Source of the DNA: Candidatus Aenigmarchaeota archaeon LH_S6
Lineage (GTDB): Archaea > Aenigmatarchaeota > Aenigmatarchaeia > QMZS01
Reading direction: 5' to 3'
Assembly (NCBI GenBank): GCA_023659935.1
Contig: JAGXOK010000001.1
Location: forward strand, 9,569-73,568
Length of the DNA stretch: 64,000 nt
The notes beneath the pieces were generated by a model. That model made no database searches. It saw only the letters and a list, made by a program, of their open reading frames with translations, and was not told the DNA's origin. Below, piece by piece: positions 10,494 through 16,800 of the stretch. Position numbers and translations under genes: made by a program. Position 1 is the stretch's first letter, and every line of letters starts with the position of its first letter.

Positions 10494-10722
10494 ATGGGGT
10501 TTCAATTTTTTAAAAAACGTAAAATCAATACTTGGAGTAGAAACCAGTTAGCAGGATATATAACCTATAAATCAGAAGATAGAGGAAAACCAACTATAAA
10601 AGTAAATCCTTACAAAAACAAGCCAGAGATGTTCTAAATGTGGGTATATCAAAAAAAGTAATAGAAATCACAAGATTCCATATCAAGTTTTCAGATTTGA
10701 GAAATCTGAGCCTATAATTTAG
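10494..10722 (+). pseudogene. IS200/IS605-family TnpB (OrfB) C-terminal fragment, degraded
   Basis: Two frames read WSRNQLAGYITYKSEDRGKPTIKVNPYKNKPEMF*, which lacks the TSQ-C of the consensus, and then SKCGYIKKSNRNHKIPYQVFRF. Together they resemble the TnpB C-terminal motif W..QL..YI.YKAE..G..V..V.P.YTSQ.C..CGY...NR. No N-terminal part is present. Confidence 0.45.
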
Positions 10723-10741
10723 ATAAACTTTAAAAGATTAT

Positions 10742-10962
10742 GGACCTGTAGCTCAGTAAAACTGCAAACAGTTTCCTTTAGAAATAGGCTTGATAAGCTT
10801 TCAAATTGCAGTTTTGGGTAATTGGATAGAGCACTTGCCTCCTAAGCAAGGGGTCGTCGGTTCAAAACAGGGGCTTTTTTACTTGAGGTTTTTGGAATAA
10901 GTGACAAAAAGTCAGTCAACCAAAAACAAATAAAAGTCTCTCTGAGAATCCGACCAGGTCCG
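10742..10962 (+). tRNA. tRNA-Arg (anticodon CCT) with two non-canonical introns: D-loop (about 10758-10824) and T-loop (about 10867-10948)
   Basis: 5' ggacctg-ta-gctc-ag. After a 67-nt insert comes ttggata-gagc-a-cttgc-ctcctaa-gcaag-gggtc-gtcgg-ttcaaa. After an 82-nt insert comes t-ccgac-caggtcc-g followed by an oligo-T. The spliced product is a canonical 74-nt cloverleaf. The acceptor and T stems pair perfectly only after splicing. Confidence 0.6.
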
Positions 10963-10973
10963 CTTTTTAGAAA

Positions 10974-11882
10974 ATGAGAATAATTAAAAAAGAGAAAGAA
11001 GAAATAAAATTGATTCCAGAGAACCTAAAGGATTTGTGGTTTCTATACAACAGATTAGATAATTTGGTGATTGAGCAGAAAAGTTTGAGGACAAAATCAA
11101 TTAATAGAAGGGGGGAAATTTTAAAGGGGAAAAAAATTCCTCAGATAATTGCAATAAAACTTGAGAAAAAAAAGTGGGAAAGCGACAAAATCAGGGCAAC
11201 AGGAAAAATTGTCTCAGGTTCGGACAAAAACAAGTATCATTCTCTAAATTTGGAAATAGATAAAAAGTTAAAGGTAGAGGGAGAATTAAAAAACCTGCCA
11301 AAGGAAGAAAAATATGAAATTTTAATCTGTGTTGTTGATAAGAAGAGGGCAGATTTCAGAATTTACAAATCCGGAAAACTCAGGGAGACAAAGAAAATTC
11401 CTTCAAAAGGCAGGGAAAATAATTTTTATAAAGAAGTTGCTTCAAATTTAAAAAAAGAAAGCAGAGAGATTTTAGTTGCTGGCCCTGGAAACACAAAAGA
11501 TAAAATTTCAAAGTTGTTAGATAAAGATGTTGTATTGGATAACTTGTCTTACAGTGGTGAAAAAGGAGTTAAAGAATTGCTAAAAAGGGGGAGTATTAAA
11601 AGAATAATTGAAAAACTTAGAGACCGGCAGGAGGCAGAAATAGTTAAAAAGTTTCTCGTTGAGATAAAGAAAAATCCAGAGAAAGTGTGCTATGGATCAG
11701 CTGTTGAAACACAAATTAAAAAGTTCAAAGAAATTCTAATTTTAAGCCCTCTAATTACAAAATATGAGAGAATTTTAATTGAGGCAGAAAAAAATGGGAC
11801 AGAAATAAATATTGTTCGGAGTGAAAAAGAATATTGTGAGGAAGTCAGAAAGTTTGAAATTATTGGGATTTTATGGTGGTAG
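10974..11882 (+). CDS. pelA: Pelota/Dom34-like mRNA surveillance factor
   Basis: Central ILVAGPGNTKDKISKLL (Pelota VVLAGPGF.KE.F). C-terminal eRF1-domain-3-like VCYGSAVETQ...EIIGILWW. 302 aa. Confidence 0.6.
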   Translation: MRIIKKEKEEIKLIPENLKDLWFLYNRLDNLVIEQKSLRTKSINRRGEILKGKKIPQIIAIKLEKKKWESDKIRATGKIVSGSDKNKYHSLNLEIDKKLKVEGELKNLPKEEKYEILICVVDKKRADFRIYKSGKLRETKKIPSKGRENNFYKEVASNLKKESREILVAGPGNTKDKISKLLDKDVVLDNLSYSGEKGVKELLKRGSIKRIIEKLRDRQEAEIVKKFLVEIKKNPEKVCYGSAVETQIKKFKEILILSPLITKYERILIEAEKNGTEINIVRSEKEYCEEVRKFEIIGILWW

Positions 11883-12574
11883 GAATTATGGAAGAATACA
11901 AAAAAGAATTTATTGATTTTTTCTTAGAAAAAGAAGCTCTGAAAATAGGCAAATCTGAGTTGAAAAATGGAAGGGTTTCTCCATATCCTGTGGATATAGG
12001 AATGTTTGATGATGGAGAGAGTATTAGGAAGTTAGGATATTCTTATGCAAGTAAAATAGCAGATAGTTTTAAACCAGAAGAATATGATATCATATTTGGA
12101 CCTGCATATAAAGGAATTCCTTTATCAGTAGCAACTACTATCGCTTTAAGTAGTGATTTTGGTATAAACAAGGGCTATTCTTTTAACAGGAAAGAGCCAA
12201 AGGGTCATGGTGAGGCCCCCAAGGAAGACAGACAAAAGAACTGGATAGTTGGACATAAAATTGAAGATAGGGATAGAATTCTGATGATAGATGATGTTTT
12301 CACAACTGGGGGTACGAAATATGAGTCTGTTGATTTATTGAATAGAGTCGCGGATAATCTCCATTATGTAGGATTAATTATAGCAGTTGACAGAAAAGAA
12401 ATTGGAGAAGATGGGAAAAGTGCAATTAAGCAATTTGAGCAGAAAACAGGAATACCTGTTGAGTCAATTGTAAATATAACTGAAACAAAAAATTATTTGT
12501 CAGATAAAGGAAAAATTTCTGAAGGAGATTTAAAAATAATTGATGATTATTTAGGAAAATATGGAAGAGATTAA
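11873..12574 (+). CDS. pyrE: orotate phosphoribosyltransferase
   Basis: FGPAYKGIPLSVA and the PRPP-binding loop ILMIDDVFTTGGT. Confidence 0.7.
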   Translation: MVVGIMEEYKKEFIDFFLEKEALKIGKSELKNGRVSPYPVDIGMFDDGESIRKLGYSYASKIADSFKPEEYDIIFGPAYKGIPLSVATTIALSSDFGINKGYSFNRKEPKGHGEAPKEDRQKNWIVGHKIEDRDRILMIDDVFTTGGTKYESVDLLNRVADNLHYVGLIIAVDRKEIGEDGKSAIKQFEQKTGIPVESIVNITETKNYLSDKGKISEGDLKIIDDYLGKYGRD

Positions 12575-12753
12575 GAGAAATTTATAAAATCAAAAAAAAC
12601 CCTTAAAAATACAATAATTAGCAAATCAACAAAAATACTTATCAAAGCAGCACTTAAATCCCCACTCACTAAATCGCTGCTACAGCAATTGTTTAAAATA
12701 GGAATCAATAAAAACAAAAATCAGTATGGCTTTTTGTGGATTAAAAAATTATC

Positions 12754-13082
12754 CGCCGAGAGCAGGATTCGATTGCATAAGCCTTTCTGGTTAATTCCTC
12801 TATTGCAACCTTACAAACAGGAAATTGGTTAATAGGGGGTAGGTAAAGGTAAAAGCGGAAAAATGAAATTGGTTTTGGCTTGAATCTTTCGCTTAAATTT
12901 TTTCCCAAAAAAGGCTTTACCTGCGTTTCCTTACGGAAAACTAGTCTCAAGCCAGCCGCGTTAGGTCGCAAATAGCACCATCTGGGGTGCAGTTCTTGTT
13001 TTTTCAGAGAAAAAACAGATGTTCTATCTTTGATAGAACAACCTTTTTTAAAGGATTGCTTAGACCACTCCGCCATCTCGGC
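12754..13082 (-). tRNA. tRNA-Ser (anticodon TGA, class II) with two long non-canonical introns: D-loop (12961-13059) and T-loop (12773-12918)
   Basis: Minus strand: gccgaga-tg-gcg-gagtggtctaa[99-nt intron]cgc-g-gctgg-cttgaga-ctagt-tttccgtaaggaaa-c-gcagg-t[146-nt intron]tcgaat-cctgc-tctcggc-g. All stems pair and the spliced product is 84 nt. The six-frame ORF 12741-13076 coincides with this locus and is rejected. Confidence 0.55.
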
Positions 13083-13349
13083 ATAATAAGTTAAATAATT
13101 AATTTTTAAGAGTAATTTAATATCCCTGATATAATTGATAATAATAAGAAATAATATTGCAAAATTCTGTAAGGGATAGGGTCCAAAAAAAGAGCTTTCT
13201 TGATAAAAATAAAATAGATGAACTTTCTTTGGAGGATAAAGATTTAATCAAAGATGAGATTATCTATTAAAAAAACTCAAGCAAAAACAGAGAGATAATT
13301 TTGTTATCTGTGATTCAGATCCTGTAAATTCTTAAAAGTTATTATTAGT

Positions 13350-14543
13350 TTACTCTAATTTCTTTTTTAGATAAATTCTCTCAATTCTTTCCATTTTTTT
13401 GAATTTATCCAGTTTTTTAATTACTTCTTGGGGCAATGTTTCAAAAACTCTTGACAATTTAAAAGTATCTAATCTAGATAATTCGTTCCACAGGTTATTT
13501 TCTCTTATTATTTTTTCAACTTGTTCTCTTTTTTCATCATTCTTCCTAGGAAAAGTTGCAACATCTTTCACCCAGATTCTTGAGATACAACCAGAGCCAT
13601 TAACAGAAGTCACTCCTTCTCTTTTACTATATTTTATAAGAGCCTCTTTTACCTGCTCAATTTCAGAATCAATTTTATTAAGAAATCTTTCCCTCTCATT
13701 TTTAAGTTTTACATATTTATTCACCAAATTCACTCCTGGTTCCCCAAGGAATTTGTTTGATTCAAGAGATTCTGTTTTTACCAAGTGTTTCTGTTCTGGG
13801 CATATATCCCTAAACTCGCACCAGTTGCAAAGATTTGAAACTTTTTGCTTAAATTCTTTTTCTTTTTCTATTCTTTTTATTAATTCTATTGTGTCTGATT
13901 TTAATTTTTCAAGTTCTCTCTCTGTTTTTTCTATAGTAACCTCCTTGTCTGCGGACAGAAAATGCCAAACTAATTTTACTCTTTTTGCATCCTGATAATT
14001 TTTAAGAACTGCAATTGCATAAAGAGCAAGCTGCCTGTCCCTATGCAAATATTCTTCTCGAGGAAGTTCAAAACTTGTTTTGTAATCATGAATTTCATAT
14101 TCTCCTTTTCCTGTTGACATAAGTCTGTCAATGAATCCCTGTAATTTGTATTTTCCTTCCAGGTCAAGGGAAATAATTACTTTTTTCTCAAGACCTATTA
14201 TTTTCCCTTTATCAAATGGATAATATCTATTATAATAATCCTTAAGATATTGCTCGCCCATTTTCTTGAAGTTCTCCTTGGTATATTCTTTTTTTACAAT
14301 CAGGATTGAATCATTCCAGTTTTTATTCCACAACCTGTTGTAAAATTGTAGTATTTCTTTAAGAGAATTTTCTTTCTTAAATTTAATATCTTTGTACACT
14401 TTTTTAAGAGTCATATGAACCATATTTCCCATAAATGCCTCCACACCCTGCTGAATCTTTGGCTCTAATCTATCTATATATTTGAATTTAAATTTCAGTG
14501 GACACTGCTCAAAACAGGAGAGCCTTGAATGTGAATAAATCAT
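13350..14543 (-). CDS. PD-(D/E)XK nuclease, Cas4/AddB-like with Fe-S cysteine cluster and K/E-rich C-terminal extension
   Basis: N-terminal YSHSRLSCFEQCPLKFKFKYI. The pattern D...EIHDYKTS. QLALYAI (the QxxxY motif). C-terminal CNWCEFRDICP. Confidence 0.6.
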   Translation of the reverse strand: MIYSHSRLSCFEQCPLKFKFKYIDRLEPKIQQGVEAFMGNMVHMTLKKVYKDIKFKKENSLKEILQFYNRLWNKNWNDSILIVKKEYTKENFKKMGEQYLKDYYNRYYPFDKGKIIGLEKKVIISLDLEGKYKLQGFIDRLMSTGKGEYEIHDYKTSFELPREEYLHRDRQLALYAIAVLKNYQDAKRVKLVWHFLSADKEVTIEKTERELEKLKSDTIELIKRIEKEKEFKQKVSNLCNWCEFRDICPEQKHLVKTESLESNKFLGEPGVNLVNKYVKLKNERERFLNKIDSEIEQVKEALIKYSKREGVTSVNGSGCISRIWVKDVATFPRKNDEKREQVEKIIRENNLWNELSRLDTFKLSRVFETLPQEVIKKLDKFKKMERIERIYLKKKLE

Positions 14544-14622
14544 AATTAATACTAAAAATTTCTATTGGAGAATGAAGTGTAATTGATAATACCCTTATTT
14601 TTAAAGGTTGACAAAAGTTGAA

Positions 14623-15210
14623 CTATTTTAGAAATTTATCTTTAAATTTTGATATATTGAATTTTAATTTTCGATAAAAAAACAAAAATTCCTGGGTTTC
14701 CTTTTTTATGTAATCAAGAATTTTTTTGTATTCTCTATCCTTATACCATGCAGGAATTATTGCTCCTGAATGTTCCTTTCCTGTAAATTTATCCAGGCTA
14801 CAACCTTTAAAATTAAAACCATTCATTGCCAGACATATTGGTTTGAGATCAATTACAGGCAAATTATGATAAATAAACCAATTATTATAATTAATTCCAT
14901 AGATTTCTGCCCTATGCTTGAATATACCCAAATCAAAACAAACATTAAAACCAACAGGAATAAATTTCCATTTGTTTTCTGGGCATAGAATTTTTGAGAA
15001 TTTTTCTATAATCTCTTTTTCAGAGGACTCCCATTCCTTTAAGATTTTTAAATCTCCGACAGGCCCTCCATACTTGCCGATTTCCTGGTATTGAATTGTT
15101 ATAATCTTACTTTTTTCTGGGTCAAATGGAACCCTCTCCTTCCTTCTTAATTTTTCCACAATTTCTGGATCAGTATATCCTATCTCTATATCAAGATAAT
15201 ATTCAGACAT
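14623..15210 (-). CDS. RNase H-like (DEDD-type, YprB/COG3359-like) exonuclease
   Basis: YLDIEIGY (Exo I, DxE) and FNVCFDLGIF (Exo II). Overlaps the upstream paralog by 8 nt. Confidence 0.4.
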   Translation of the reverse strand: MSEYYLDIEIGYTDPEIVEKLRRKERVPFDPEKSKIITIQYQEIGKYGGPVGDLKILKEWESSEKEIIEKFSKILCPENKWKFIPVGFNVCFDLGIFKHRAEIYGINYNNWFIYHNLPVIDLKPICLAMNGFNFKGCSLDKFTGKEHSGAIIPAWYKDREYKKILDYIKKETQEFLFFYRKLKFNISKFKDKFLK

Positions 15211-15697
15211 ATTCTTTCAAGATAATTGAGTATAGTTTTTCAGAGGCCTGCAAATTTTTTATAACAGCTTCTTCCATTTTCTGATAGTCTTTATTTTTAT
15301 AAAAATCCAAAATTTTTTCTTCAGGAACAGCCATAATATTATACCTCTGACAATAATACTTAAAACTTTTTATTTCTTTTTTTAAAAAAATCAAAACTGC
15401 AAACAAATCCAAAATATTAGAACGGTTTAATTTTAGATAAAATTCATCAAATTTTTCCAGAGAAGAAAGTTTTAATAATAAAAGAGGAAAGTCAAATTTC
15501 AGTATATTATACCCAACAAATATTTTGTCATTTTCTTTTAAAAACCAGTCTCTAAAATTTTTAAGGAGATTTTCTTCACTACTAAATTTCCAACTCTTCC
15601 AGATTCTTATATTACTCAGGCCTCTCTTCTTGACCTGAATAGTTAATATTTTTGCGGAATAGGATATTCCCTCAGTTTGAATATTTAGAAAGAGCAT
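15203..15697 (-). CDS. RNase H-like exonuclease paralog with substituted catalytic residues (NxQ instead of DxE)
   Basis: LFLNIQTEG (Exo I degenerate) and YNILKFDFPLL (Exo II). Tandem with 14623-15210. Confidence 0.35.
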   Translation of the reverse strand: MLFLNIQTEGISYSAKILTIQVKKRGLSNIRIWKSWKFSSEENLLKNFRDWFLKENDKIFVGYNILKFDFPLLLLKLSSLEKFDEFYLKLNRSNILDLFAVLIFLKKEIKSFKYYCQRYNIMAVPEEKILDFYKNKDYQKMEEAVIKNLQASEKLYSIILKEYV

Positions 15698-15751
15698 AAA
15701 AGACTTAAATAATTTATAGATATGAAACTTAATTTATTAAAAGATATAATT

Positions 15752-16687
15752 ATGTTTGAACTTTGGACGGAGAAATACAGGCCAAAAAAACTGGATGATA
15801 TAGTTGGTCAGGAGGATACAACAAAAAGATTAAAGGCATTTATTTCAAAAGGCTCAATTCCAAACCTGCTATTCGCTGGGATACAAGGAAGTGGTAAAAC
15901 AAGTACTGCTTTAGCTTTGGTTAATGAAATTTTTGGGAATACGGAGAATTTTATTGAGTTAAATGCCTCTGATGAGAGGGGAATAGACACAGTCAGGATA
16001 AAAATAAAAGATTTTGCAAGAACAAGGCCAATTGGAGAAGGAAGTTTTAAGATTATTTTGCTTGATGAGGCTGAGGCTCTTACAAAGGATGCCCAGCAGG
16101 CTTTAAGGAGAACGATGGAAAATTATTCTGAAACCTGCAGGTTTATTCTAGATTGTAATTATTCTTCAAAACTAATTGAGCCTATCCAATCAAGGTGTGT
16201 GGTTTTTAGGTTTAAACCCCTTAAAAAAGACTATATCAAAAAATATTTGGAAAAAATAGAGAAAGGAGAGGAACTTAAAATAGAAGAAGATGCTATAGAA
16301 GCAATTTTTAAGGAGTGTGGGGGTGACTTGAGAAGAGCAACAAATATTTTACAGGCTTGTGCTTCAATGAACAAAGAAATATCAGAGAATAGTGTTCTTG
16401 AAGTTGTTGGAAAGGCTAAAGGCAGGGACATTGAAGAACTGCTAAAACTTGCAATAGCAGGCAAATTCTTAGAGTCAAGAAAGAAACTTTACAATTTGAT
16501 GATTGAACAGGGAATAAGTCCTGATGATTTACTGAAACAGATTCATTCCCGGATTTTTGAATTAGAGATAGATGATAATGAAAAACTTAGAATTATAAAA
16601 TTACTTGCAGATTACGAATTCAGGGTTGTTGAGGGCTCAAATCCTTTAATTCAGGTAGAAGCATTTCTGGCAAGTTTGAGTAAATAA
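15752..16687 (+). CDS. rfcS: replication factor C small subunit
   Basis: WTEKYRPKKLDDIVGQ. Walker A GIQGSGKTS. LLDEAEALT. The SRC motif region QSRCVVFRF. The ORF track starts 30 nt earlier at 15722. Confidence 0.8.
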   Translation: MFELWTEKYRPKKLDDIVGQEDTTKRLKAFISKGSIPNLLFAGIQGSGKTSTALALVNEIFGNTENFIELNASDERGIDTVRIKIKDFARTRPIGEGSFKIILLDEAEALTKDAQQALRRTMENYSETCRFILDCNYSSKLIEPIQSRCVVFRFKPLKKDYIKKYLEKIEKGEELKIEEDAIEAIFKECGGDLRRATNILQACASMNKEISENSVLEVVGKAKGRDIEELLKLAIAGKFLESRKKLYNLMIEQGISPDDLLKQIHSRIFELEIDDNEKLRIIKLLADYEFRVVEGSNPLIQVEAFLASLSK

Positions 16688-16800
16688 TTTTAGAATAAAT
16701 GATTTGTTGGATTTATTTTCTTAGCAATTAGTATTGTTTTGATTATTTTCAGAAAAAAGGAAAGTTAAATAACTTATTTAAATACTTTATATATATTATC

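Noticed and set aside
12741-13076. 111-aa minus-strand ORF from the six-frame track
   Set aside because: It coincides exactly with the intron-containing tRNA-Ser locus. GC-rich structured RNA often yields spurious ORFs, and the ORF has no protein-like features.
12740-13085. Possible SRP RNA (7S), because of GAGAGCAGG-like strings
   Set aside because: The two ends form a perfect tRNA acceptor stem, and the exon pieces assemble into a complete class-II tRNA, which explains the region better.
13399-13995. 198-aa plus-strand ORF antisense to the Cas4-like nuclease gene
   Set aside because: It is low-complexity S/F/L-rich antisense translation of an AT-rich gene. The sense-strand protein has clear family motifs.
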